From: Thermodesulfobacteriota bacterium
GTDB lineage: Bacteria > Desulfobacterota_D > UBA1144 > Nemesobacterales > UBA2774
Assembly (NCBI GenBank): GCA_963422265.1
Contig: OY729416.1
Location: 512,001-576,000, forward strand
Length of the DNA stretch: 64,000 bases
Direction of reading: 5' to 3'
Below are positions 38,755 to 47,931 of the stretch, one piece after another. Below the pieces are notes generated by a model, which was given only the letters and a program-made list of their open reading frames with translations, did no database searches and was not told where the DNA came from. The position numbers and the translations under genes were made by a program. Numbering within the stretch: position 1 is the stretch's first letter; every line of letters begins with the position of its first letter.

Positions 38755-39639
38755 TTACAGATCTGCGAACATACTATCAAAATAGGTTTCTTTCTCTTCC
38801 TTTAAGATAAACTTGCCCGTGTTTAGTTTTCCCTGGTCTAAAACATCCTCAATCCTCTTGACCGCCATACTACATAAGTAATCCTTCTCAGAATCAATTC
38901 CAACAAATCTCCTGTTGTGTTGTAAAGCTGCCACCCCAGTAGTAGCGCTCCCACAGAAAGGATCAAGAACTATATCTCCCTCATCACTGCAAGCCAGTAT
39001 GATTCTTTCTAAAAGTGCCTCCGGCTTTTGGGTTGGATGTTTTCCATATTTCTTTTCACTCGTTTTAGGGGTGTTGATAGCCCATAGGCTACGCATCTGT
39101 TTCCCAGGTTTCTTTATAAAATCTCCTTCCCATTTTGCCTTCTTTACAAATTCATAATTAAACTTATGCCTTGCCTTCTTTGTCTTACGTGCCCAGAGTA
39201 AAGTCTCATGACTTGCGGCAAACATTCGACAGGCAAGATTAGGAGCTGCATTCGGCTTATACCAGCATATCTCGTTAAGCAAATGCCAACCTTGACTCTG
39301 CAATGCAAAACCGCAAGCGTATATGGAGTGATACGTTCCAGAAACCCACAAAGTGCCATTAGGCTTTAAAGCTCTGTAACATGCTTCGATCCAATTGTAA
39401 TGAAATTTATAGTCCTCGTCTATTCCCCTGCTTTTATCCCATTCTCCCTTATCTACGCTGACCCGTTTTCCCGCATGACAGGTAAAGCCGCCATTTGAAA
39501 GATTGTATGGGGGGTCCGCAAAAACTAAATCAATACTCTCATCAGGAAGCTCATTGATAATATCTATCGCGTCGCCATTAAATAACCTGACGTTTTCCGC
39601 TTTATAATAAGCCTTTGTATTCTTACGAGAGAGCTGCAC
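38755..39639 (-). CDS. Beta-class N6-adenine/N4-cytosine DNA methyltransferase (DpnA-like)
   Basis: DLVFADPPYNLSNGG (motif IV), HPTQKP, VLDPFCGSATTG (motif I). Confidence 0.92.
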   Translation of the reverse strand: MQLSRKNTKAYYKAENVRLFNGDAIDIINELPDESIDLVFADPPYNLSNGGFTCHAGKRVSVDKGEWDKSRGIDEDYKFHYNWIEACYRALKPNGTLWVSGTYHSIYACGFALQSQGWHLLNEICWYKPNAAPNLACRMFAASHETLLWARKTKKARHKFNYEFVKKAKWEGDFIKKPGKQMRSLWAINTPKTSEKKYGKHPTQKPEALLERIILACSDEGDIVLDPFCGSATTGVAALQHNRRFVGIDSEKDYLCSMAVKRIEDVLDQGKLNTGKFILKEEKETYFDSMFADL

Positions 39640-39950
39640 TTTTTAACCAGCTTTTATTTAGGTTATTTATCTCAATTCTTTCTCTATCTATATTCATTGT
39701 AACTAACTTAGGGTCAAGCGATCGTAATGGATTCTCTACAATGAATCAACTATTGACTCTTTAACTTTCAAACTCAACAATACCAAAAGCCAGTGTGCTC
39801 AAGCTCGTTATTATTATTCATAAGATGCTACACCACCTTGTGATATAATGTGTTAGAAACATACGTAATCTTGTAGTCTCGCTTTGCCTCAATATCTTTG
39901 TGTCTCTTTTCATAGCTTATCACTATCCTATTGTGCATACGACTTAACTC

Positions 39951-40691
39951 TTACAAGGCATTTGAGTACCCTACCTTCAAAGCATAGATTTCCTTAAAAC
40001 CCTTCTTATCTATCTTATCGTTTGCGGCATCATATATAATTCGTCCATTGGCAAGTATCCCTACCCTGTTACTCAGTTCAATTCCCTCCTCAATTCTATG
40101 AGTTGTCATTAAAATTGTCTTCCCCTCATACTTTAGCCGCTCCAGCATACCTCTAAATACTTCGGCTCCATGATGATCCAGACCAGCGTAAGGTTCGTCT
40201 AAAAGTAATACCGATGGGTTATTAACCATCGCACGTGCTACTGCTAGGCGCTGCTTCATGCCGCGGGAAAAAGTGCGCACAAGATCATATCGCCTATTTT
40301 CAAGACCCACTTGCCCGATTAGGCTAACAGCTCTTTCCTCTGAACAAGCAATTCCATACATGGACAGGAAGAATTTTATATTCTCATACGCGTTTAAGTT
40401 ATCGTATAAGTAAGGGTCATGTGATATGAAGCCTATAGATCTCCTCACATCATCCGCCCTTTTTTTTGCGTTAAAGCCATTTATTTCAAGCACTCCCGAG
40501 GAGGGTTTTGTAAGGGTAGATAGTATTTTGACCAAAGTGGTTTTTCCAGCCCCGTTAGGTCCAAACAAGGTAAAAAATTCGCCCTTCTTTATCTCTAAAT
40601 TAACGTTACGAAGAACCTCAAAATTACCAAAGGATTTTCTAACCCCACGGGCAACTATAGCCAATTCTCCTATTTCTATGGAATCACGCAT
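39951..40691 (-). CDS. ccmA: Heme exporter ABC ATPase CcmA
   Basis: GPNGAGKTT, FSRGMKQR, LLLDEP, TTH. Upstream of ccmB apart from the RM insertion. Confidence 0.88.
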   Translation of the reverse strand: MRDSIEIGELAIVARGVRKSFGNFEVLRNVNLEIKKGEFFTLFGPNGAGKTTLVKILSTLTKPSSGVLEINGFNAKKRADDVRRSIGFISHDPYLYDNLNAYENIKFFLSMYGIACSEERAVSLIGQVGLENRRYDLVRTFSRGMKQRLAVARAMVNNPSVLLLDEPYAGLDHHGAEVFRGMLERLKYEGKTILMTTHRIEEGIELSNRVGILANGRIIYDAANDKIDKKGFKEIYALKVGYSNAL

Positions 40692-40692
40692 A

Positions 40693-41730
40693 TTACTGAA
40701 GGAGATTTAAGAGAGCTTTGGTGCCGCCTATATTTCTGACCCAATCACCAAGTTTTTCCATTCCCTTGCCCATATCTATGTCTGGAGCATAACCTAGCTC
40801 CTTTTTAGCTTTCTCAATGCTGTAGCTTCTACTCCCTGCAAGGACGGCTACCGCCATTCTGGTCAACACAGGAGGGTGATTTACGTTTAGCGTTTTATAT
40901 ATAAGTTCCAATACAGCAGCTACCGTATATGCCAATCTATAAGGAATAGAGAAACCCGGCGACCATTCGATTCCCGAAGCGTGGAGCTGTTTCTTAATAA
41001 AGTCCATGTAAGAGATTTTAACGCCGTCGTTTATGAAGTAGATGTTACCGGGTGCGTTCTTACTTATGGAACATAACAACAGCGCCTGAACTAAATTTTC
41101 CACGAGACACGGCGTGACCGTCCTAGAGCTCGATCCCATTGGATGTAAGAAACCTTTATTAGCAGCCTTCACTATGCGCGGTAAGATTACTGTATCACCT
41201 GCTCCCCAGACGTTTGAGGGTCTTACTACAACCGTCTCAAGCCCCTTTTGTTTATAGAACTCGAGCACTGATCTTTCGGCGTCGGCTTTAGAAGCGTTAT
41301 AAAAATCGTTATATTCCTCGCAGTATGGAAACGTTTCATCAACGTCAACTAGGTTGTGGACTCCCCACAAATCTGATTTCCATATAACAGTGGAAGAGCT
41401 CATGTGAACGAATCTCTTGAGTCCTAACCTAAGAGATGCCTCCAAGAGCGTTTGGGTTGCTTTAACGTTATATTTATGGAAGTCCTCTTTCGAACCCCAG
41501 TCGCTAACTAAAGCGGCCAGGTGGAACAAAACGTCTCCTCCATCAGGTATTTTCTTTAAAACCTCCGTATCGCCTAAATCCCCCTCGCACAGCTCGACGC
41601 CGAGCGATAACAGCTTTCTAGTATCGCTCGTGCTTCTTACTAGACACCTAACTTGATAGCCGCTTGCGACAAGTGCTTCTACCAGTTTTCCCCCTATAAA
41701 TCCTGTCCCACCAGTAACGATTGCTACCAT
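40693..41730 (-). CDS. NAD-dependent epimerase/dehydratase (3-beta-HSD-like extended SDR)
   Basis: TGGTGFIG, FHLAA, YNASK (YxxxK), RPSNVWG. Confidence 0.88.
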   Translation of the reverse strand: MVAIVTGGTGFIGGKLVEALVASGYQVRCLVRSTSDTRKLLSLGVELCEGDLGDTEVLKKIPDGGDVLFHLAALVSDWGSKEDFHKYNVKATQTLLEASLRLGLKRFVHMSSSTVIWKSDLWGVHNLVDVDETFPYCEEYNDFYNASKADAERSVLEFYKQKGLETVVVRPSNVWGAGDTVILPRIVKAANKGFLHPMGSSSRTVTPCLVENLVQALLLCSISKNAPGNIYFINDGVKISYMDFIKKQLHASGIEWSPGFSIPYRLAYTVAAVLELIYKTLNVNHPPVLTRMAVAVLAGSRSYSIEKAKKELGYAPDIDMGKGMEKLGDWVRNIGGTKALLNLLQ

Positions 41731-41841
41731 TATTTGCTTTAATATATACCTTATAGTTAGTGATTACTACTATCAGATTGACAAGTAAATATACTTGATA
41801 GAAAATGTTGCGAATTATTCACGCAGCCAAGGAGTAATTAG

Positions 41842-42396
41842 TTGATACCTAAGACCGCTTTTATTACCAAGGGGGTAGGAAAACATAAAGAAAAACTGAC
41901 CAGCTTTGAGATGGCGCTTCGCAATGCGAAAATAGCACAATTCAACCTAGTAAAAGTATCCAGCATTTTCCCCCCTGACTGCATTCTCACGTCGAGAAGC
42001 AGGGGACTAAAAAACCTTACCCCCGGACAGATTATTCACGTTGTTATGAGTGAAAACGCAACGAATGAACCCAACAGGCTTGTTGCAGCTTCAGCCGGAA
42101 TAGCAATACCCAAGGAGCCGGAAAGACACGGTTACATATCAGAGCATCACAGCTACGGACAGAACGATACAATTGCTGGAGAATATGCTGAGGACCTTGC
42201 CGCTTACATGTTGGCTACAACTATCGGGGTATCTTTTAACCCTGACAAAAGCTACGATGAACAAAAGGATATATGGGAGATCAGCGGCCACATAATAAAG
42301 ACGAGAAACGTTACTCAAACCGCAGTTGGAGATAAAAATGGTCTCTGGACAACAGTCATAGCAGCGGTTGTATTCTCGTCATATCGCATGGGCTAA
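41842..42396 (+). CDS. pdaD: Pyruvoyl-dependent arginine decarboxylase
   Basis: LTSFEMALR, FNLVKVSSIFPP (Ser-Ser self-cleavage site), GYISEHH. Confidence 0.9.
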   Translation: MIPKTAFITKGVGKHKEKLTSFEMALRNAKIAQFNLVKVSSIFPPDCILTSRSRGLKNLTPGQIIHVVMSENATNEPNRLVAASAGIAIPKEPERHGYISEHHSYGQNDTIAGEYAEDLAAYMLATTIGVSFNPDKSYDEQKDIWEISGHIIKTRNVTQTAVGDKNGLWTTVIAAVVFSSYRMG

Positions 42397-42484
42397 TATG
42401 TGAAATCTTGGCACTGATATGTATAATTGCCTAAATAAGTTCTTATTGACCCTCAGCTTTATTTAAGTTATATAGATAATCTTA

Positions 42485-43573
42485 ATGAGACCTACCTGGG
42501 CAGAGATAAGCCTCGACTCTCTTAAACACAACTTCATACAGGTTAAAAAGCTTGTTGGAGAAAATGTATCGATACTTTCAGTTGTAAAGGCAAACGCCTA
42601 CGGTCACGGCGCGCTTGAAGCAAGCAAGGCGTTCATAGAATCTGGAACCGATATGCTAGGGGTTGCCACGCTAGAGGAAGCGCTTGAGCTTAGAGACGGC
42701 GGTTTAGGAGCTCCGATAGCCGTTATGGGTGGCATTAGAGCGCATGAAGCTAAACTCATTGTAGAGCAAGGCTTGACGCCGTTTTTATTCTCAATTGATG
42801 CAGCCCGTTCGCTTAATGATGCGTCTAAAAAAGCTCAGAAGAAGACAGGGTATCACCTAAAGTTTGATACAGGCATGACTAGGTTAGGCATACAGTCCGA
42901 CGAGGCGCATAGATTTCTAGCAGAATTACGCACACTCAATAATATAAAAATGGATGGGACGCTTACTCATTTAGGATACGCTTTTACTGAGTTTGAGGAG
43001 AGAACGCAAACTCAAGTAGATACCTTCTTAAAGCTTGTGCACTTATTGCGGAAAAGTGGCTTCAGCCCATCCTACGTGCACTCAGCGAACAGCGCGTCTC
43101 TCCAAAAGTATCCTTATACGCACATGGATATTGTCCGTCCGGGGATAATGCTTTACGGTTACGGAAATCATACTGGCGTTGATCTTAAATTCGCTATGAA
43201 GCTAAAATCAAAAATCATACAATTAAATCGGGTTCCCACGGAAACCCCTGTGAGTTATGGAGGGGGATTTGTAACTAAAAGGTCATCCTTAATCGCAACA
43301 ATACCTATCGGCTATGCAGATGGTTATATGAGGAGCTTGTCTAACAGAGCAAGCGTATCTATCAGGGGCTCGCTTGCGCCCGTAGTTGGTCAAATATGTA
43401 TGGATTATATAATGATTGACGTTACTGACGTCCCTGAAGTGAGGGTAGATGATGAAGCTATCCTCTTTGGGGATGAGTTCTTATCAGCTAATGAATTGGC
43501 AAAATGGGCTGATACGATTTCCTATGAAGTGCTTTCTACAGTCGGAAAAAGAGTGCCACGCATATATATCTAG
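42485..43573 (+). CDS. alr: Alanine racemase
   Basis: VVKANAYGHG (PLP Lys), DTGMTRLG, VRPGIMLYG, VSYG, GYADG, ICMD. Confidence 0.96.
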   Translation: MRPTWAEISLDSLKHNFIQVKKLVGENVSILSVVKANAYGHGALEASKAFIESGTDMLGVATLEEALELRDGGLGAPIAVMGGIRAHEAKLIVEQGLTPFLFSIDAARSLNDASKKAQKKTGYHLKFDTGMTRLGIQSDEAHRFLAELRTLNNIKMDGTLTHLGYAFTEFEERTQTQVDTFLKLVHLLRKSGFSPSYVHSANSASLQKYPYTHMDIVRPGIMLYGYGNHTGVDLKFAMKLKSKIIQLNRVPTETPVSYGGGFVTKRSSLIATIPIGYADGYMRSLSNRASVSIRGSLAPVVGQICMDYIMIDVTDVPEVRVDDEAILFGDEFLSANELAKWADTISYEVLSTVGKRVPRIYI

Positions 43574-43860
43574 AGAACTTCTCGATTGGCTTTGCTACTC
43601 CATACTTTTATTAGATTAATAGAATCCTATTAGCACCGTTAGCACATACTTATAAAAACTAGCAGTTGCACACAAACTTATTGACAATTTCCTAAATTCT
43701 GGCTTAATTACACTGCTTGGAAGGTATTCTGAAAAGCAACTTTGTTTTTTAACTGCTTTTATTAGCTTGAATCTTAGCGTAGAAATGTTTGGTATATTTC
43801 TACTCTGCGTATTATTAAAAAATGTAAGCTAGTGCAATCAAAAAACCAATAATAAGGAGA

Positions 43861-44781
43861 ATGAACGTGGGACTTAATAGAGATTTTATAGGTCGTGAGT
43901 TTGAGCCTCTTGTTCACGTTGTTAGCACTGAGGAAGTTATAGATTATGCTTGGGCGATTGGTGCGCGGAATTTAAGCTACTTTAACTATAACGGTGCATT
44001 TGCTTTTAATCACGAATCCGTAGTGGGCATGGCACCTCCGAGCTACGCCGTAACGTATGAGCTTCCTATGCTTGAGAAAATATGGTCGGATCCTCAACTT
44101 CACGGGGGGGAAGAAGAGGCGGAAAAGAACGTTCTTATGCTAGTTCATGGCGATCAACGGATGAAGTTTTATAGAGCTATAAGACCTGGAGATAAACTTA
44201 CGTATAGGATAAAAATTACAGATATACAGGATAAGGGGAGCGGTGAACTTCTTAATATTAACGTGCTAACTACTAATAAAGAAGGTGCTAGGGTTGTGGA
44301 GTCTGATTGGGGACTTTTTATAAGGGGCATTGGAAGTGGCAAGAAGCCTGAAAAAGTATCAGGAAACGGTAAATCGAAAGAGGTGAATGAAAAACCGCAT
44401 ATTGCATTCAGAAAAATAATCAGGGTTCCAGATGACATTACATACAGATATTCAAAAGCTTCAAACGACATGAACCCAATTCATATAGATAATGAGATAG
44501 CTAAAGAAGCGGGACTTAGGGGAATAATCGTCCATGGACTCTGCACAATGTCTATGACTATGAGGGCTATAATTGAAAGCTATCTCGATAGCGACCCGTC
44601 AGGTTTGAAGTCGCTCGGCGTGCGTTTTACAGCTCCCGTCTATCCAGGCGATGAAATTGTGGTAGATGGATGGGAGCTAGAGAAGCTAAATGGAAACACT
44701 ATGCTAGGGTTCGACGTCAGCAGAAAAAGCGATAAAGTTAAGGTCATTAAAAACGGAACGGCTGAGGTTATAATAAAATAA
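43861..44781 (+). CDS. Double-hotdog MaoC-family (R)-enoyl-CoA hydratase/dehydratase
   Basis: LVHGDQ, YSKASNDMNPIH, IVHGLCT, RFTAPVYPGD. AAGGAG SD. Confidence 0.88.
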   Translation: MNVGLNRDFIGREFEPLVHVVSTEEVIDYAWAIGARNLSYFNYNGAFAFNHESVVGMAPPSYAVTYELPMLEKIWSDPQLHGGEEEAEKNVLMLVHGDQRMKFYRAIRPGDKLTYRIKITDIQDKGSGELLNINVLTTNKEGARVVESDWGLFIRGIGSGKKPEKVSGNGKSKEVNEKPHIAFRKIIRVPDDITYRYSKASNDMNPIHIDNEIAKEAGLRGIIVHGLCTMSMTMRAIIESYLDSDPSGLKSLGVRFTAPVYPGDEIVVDGWELEKLNGNTMLGFDVSRKSDKVKVIKNGTAEVIIK

Positions 44782-44811
44782 CAAGATTTTATCTGAATAG
44801 TAGCACGCTGA

Positions 44812-44854
44812 TAAGAAAACAGGAAATATCTTTAATAGATATTCCTGTTTCTTA
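44812..44854. terminator. Hairpin between convergent MaoC and hflX genes, possible bidirectional terminator
   Basis: Imperfect inverted repeat taagaaaacaggaaatatct-ttaat-agatattcctgtttctta. Confidence 0.5.
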
Positions 44855-46552
44855 CGTTTGCACTGTGTTTAACTCAAATGTAGTTTCCCCGTTATAATCT
44901 GCTGCTGGTGAACAGTTAAGGTTAAATATTGTTTCATCAATAATATCAAGGATATTGGGAAGAGTGTCCTTGTCACAAGCTGAAATAAGTGGAGTTTTAT
45001 ATATCCTGCTTAATCTTATACCAATATCCTTAGGGGTGTTATCCGCTTTGTTAAGAAGAATAATCCTCGGAACACTACTATGACCCTTTGACTCAAGAAT
45101 TTTTTCAACCGCCTCTATTTTTTCTTCAACCATTGGGTCGCTTGCATCTGAAACGTGAAGGAACAATGATGATGCTCCAAGCTCCTCAAGAGTGGCTCTA
45201 AAGGCGTTTACAAGCTCTTTCGGAAGATCATTTATAAATCCTACGGTGTCTGTAACTAGAATATTCCTTCCACTCGGAAGTTTAAGTTTCCTCGTAGTAG
45301 GAATGAGAGTCGAAAACAATTTGTTTTTTACTACTACGCCCGAATTGGTTAGCGTGTTGAATAAGGTTGATTTGCCTGCGTTAGTGTAGCCTATAAGGGT
45401 AACTGTCGGAATACCGGTGTCCCTTCTTCTCTTTCTGGTAAGCTCTCGTCTTCTGCTAAGACTCGTAATTTGTTTTTCAAGTTGCTCAATCTGTTTTTTT
45501 ATTTTTCTTCTCTCTTCCTCTAGTTTTTTCTCGCCCGGGCCCCTTGTGCCTATGCCACCCCCAAGCTGTGATAGATCAGCTCCCCGCCCAACAAGCCTAG
45601 GAAGATTGTAGCGGAGCTGCGCAAGCCTTACCTGTAGCTTTCCTTCACTCGTTGTGGCGTGTCTTGCGAATATCTCTAATATAAGCTGAGCCCTGTCCAT
45701 AACGTCCAAATCTGTCTCATCCACAATTGCTTTTACCTGCGCAGGAGAAAGCTCAACATCAAATATAATTTTTTCAGCCCCAACGTGCTTTGCACTTAAG
45801 ATCACTTCGTTTAACTTTCCTTTACCTATAAGGTATCTAGGATCAATATTTTTCCTTGTCTGAATAGTGGTGTGCAGCACGACTTTATTTGCTGATATTG
45901 CGAGCGATCTGAGCTCTTTTAATGACTCTTCGGCCTCGGACCGGAATCGGACCGAAAACCCAACTAATACTACTCCTTCCTTTTCGTGCTCTCCTCCGTG
46001 TTCATAATAGCTCCTTTCAAGCCTATGCTCTACCTCACGTATAAGCTCATCGCAATTGACGTCGATCCTGCCTAGATCTCTATATTTATTAATTTCCCAT
46101 TTTTTGCCCTCACTGTTCTTCGGGAGGATGTATGCTAAATGAAACTTGCCGGGCGTGCCGTTATCGCTTACTTCAAGTAACGCCATCATATCAAGCCTTT
46201 CGTTTAATAACGTAACAAGTTTATACTGGTTGAACCCAACACCATTTTTCGGATCTGCGTAGATAAGTCTAAACCCCCTGAGCCTATATTTAGATTCCCT
46301 CGAACGGCCCAGCAACTCGTCAAATGGGAGCTCGTGAGAATCTCCTAGAAAGACGATTCTTACTCTTCCTTTTCTGTCTATTAGTATGGAAACTTCCTTT
46401 TTAATCTGGTGAGAGATTCTTGATAAAGCTCGGGCGAACTCCAAAGTGATTATCTCTCTAACTGGGATTTTTCTTCTGTAAAGCTTTTCTAATCCACCGA
46501 TTTCATTTCTGGCTAAGCCTGAAGTTTTTCCGTATAATCTTGGTATACCCAA
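44852..46552 (-). CDS. hflX: Ribosome-splitting GTPase HflX (long N-terminal form)
   Basis: ILEIFARHA, GGGIGTRGPGE, GYTNAGKSTL, DTVGFI, AFRATLEE, NKAD. Confidence 0.95.
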   Translation of the reverse strand: MGIPRLYGKTSGLARNEIGGLEKLYRRKIPVREIITLEFARALSRISHQIKKEVSILIDRKGRVRIVFLGDSHELPFDELLGRSRESKYRLRGFRLIYADPKNGVGFNQYKLVTLLNERLDMMALLEVSDNGTPGKFHLAYILPKNSEGKKWEINKYRDLGRIDVNCDELIREVEHRLERSYYEHGGEHEKEGVVLVGFSVRFRSEAEESLKELRSLAISANKVVLHTTIQTRKNIDPRYLIGKGKLNEVILSAKHVGAEKIIFDVELSPAQVKAIVDETDLDVMDRAQLILEIFARHATTSEGKLQVRLAQLRYNLPRLVGRGADLSQLGGGIGTRGPGEKKLEEERRKIKKQIEQLEKQITSLSRRRELTRKRRRDTGIPTVTLIGYTNAGKSTLFNTLTNSGVVVKNKLFSTLIPTTRKLKLPSGRNILVTDTVGFINDLPKELVNAFRATLEELGASSLFLHVSDASDPMVEEKIEAVEKILESKGHSSVPRIILLNKADNTPKDIGIRLSRIYKTPLISACDKDTLPNILDIIDETIFNLNCSPAADYNGETTFELNTVQT

Positions 46553-46742
46553 GCCTCCTTATAGATGCTTTAACATAATCTATTGTAGCGATTTTAATAT
46601 ACGAGTCAAGGAGGTTAACATCAGCTTAACGTCACGAGCTTTATAGAGAATTCTAAACGTTCTGGCTTAGTTGTCTTATTAATGTCAAACCTGCGAGAGC
46701 ACTTGTTTTACTATATAGTAGTTAGGTATTTTAACTATTCTC

Positions 46743-47579
46743 ATGTTCTTCCCCAAGATTACACTTTTCCTTTTTATTACCGCGGCGTCGCTCATTCTTC
46801 TTGGTTCTTGCACGGTAAAGAAGGAGACGAGGATTGATTTAGAGACTGTTGACAAAGAGTCCGTAATTAAAAAGGTCAAACTGTTTCAGTCAAGCATAAA
46901 ATCCCTAAAGAGTCTCGCTAAAGTAAGGATCAAAACTCCTGACCACAAGATATCTTACTCACAGGTAACTATCGCGCAGGTCCCAGACTTGTTCCGTTTA
47001 GAAGCTCTTAACCCTTTTGGTAAGACCGTAGGATTTATCTCCTCAGACGGTTCAAATATCTACGTAATATCCAAGTCTGGGCAGAGAGTTTATGACGCCT
47101 CCCAAGGGTTTCATCTTTCATACCTTGACCCTAAGTTTAACCTTGAGATTACACCACAAGAACTCGTAAAACTGGTTTTAGGACGCCTGCCTTATAATGT
47201 CTTTAATAAAGATGGAAAACTCGAAATAAGCGTGGATGGCGAGTTCCTAAAGCTAGTTGTCAGGGACAATGAGCAGTTACGAGATAATACGTTATGGGTT
47301 GACCGTTATAGTAATCGTATAGAAAAAGCAGTAATCTTTCCCGACGGTAGAAGCAAGGTGGAAATAAAATACCGATACTTCAAAGGGCTCAAGGACGGTT
47401 ATTATTTCCCAAGGGTTATATATTTCAAGACAGAAGAGCTATCCATAGCGATTACTTATGACGAAGACGTGAAATTAAATGCGGTTGTTGATAATAGTCT
47501 TTTCAGACTGCCCCATATCTTAAATAATAAGACTCAAATGGGTTGTAGAAATTGTAACTCCCTAGTGTCTAGAAATTAA
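46743..47579 (+). CDS. LolA/LolB-like fold lipoprotein
   Basis: Lipobox LGSC and the FRLEALNPFG segment seen in LolB-like proteins. Confidence 0.55.
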   Translation: MFFPKITLFLFITAASLILLGSCTVKKETRIDLETVDKESVIKKVKLFQSSIKSLKSLAKVRIKTPDHKISYSQVTIAQVPDLFRLEALNPFGKTVGFISSDGSNIYVISKSGQRVYDASQGFHLSYLDPKFNLEITPQELVKLVLGRLPYNVFNKDGKLEISVDGEFLKLVVRDNEQLRDNTLWVDRYSNRIEKAVIFPDGRSKVEIKYRYFKGLKDGYYFPRVIYFKTEELSIAITYDEDVKLNAVVDNSLFRLPHILNNKTQMGCRNCNSLVSRN

Positions 47580-47649
47580 CGCTTCTAATTATCTTCTTCT
47601 TTTAGATGAGGTTGGGTTTGTCTGTAGCTTATAAAGGAGAACCCGATAG

Positions 47650-47931
47650 GTGTTAGATACAGAGTTTAGTAAGGTATTCATTGTAAGAAACAAGCTTGGT
47701 CTCCACGCCCGCGCCTCCGCGGTTTTTGTAAGGTTGTCGAGCAAGTTCTCATCCGATATAACGCTTGTAAAAGACGGCTACGAAGTTGATGGCAAAAGTA
47801 TACTCGGAGTGTTATCTCTGGCGGCAATAAAGGGGAGCGAGATTAAAGTTTTTACGCGCGGTCAGGACGCTAAACAAGCGCTTGAAAAAATAGGCGAACT
47901 AATAGACGGGGGTTTCGGAGAAGAAGAATGA
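47650..47931 (+). CDS. ptsH: Phosphocarrier protein HPr
   Basis: NKLGLHARAS (His15) and VDGKSILG (Ser46). Confidence 0.95.
   Translation: MLDTEFSKVFIVRNKLGLHARASAVFVRLSSKFSSDITLVKDGYEVDGKSILGVLSLAAIKGSEIKVFTRGQDAKQALEKIGELIDGGFGEEE

Noticed and set aside
39640-39950. Remnant of a second methyltransferase or controller gene upstream of the RM pair
   Set aside because: Only short ORFs without recognisable motifs were found.
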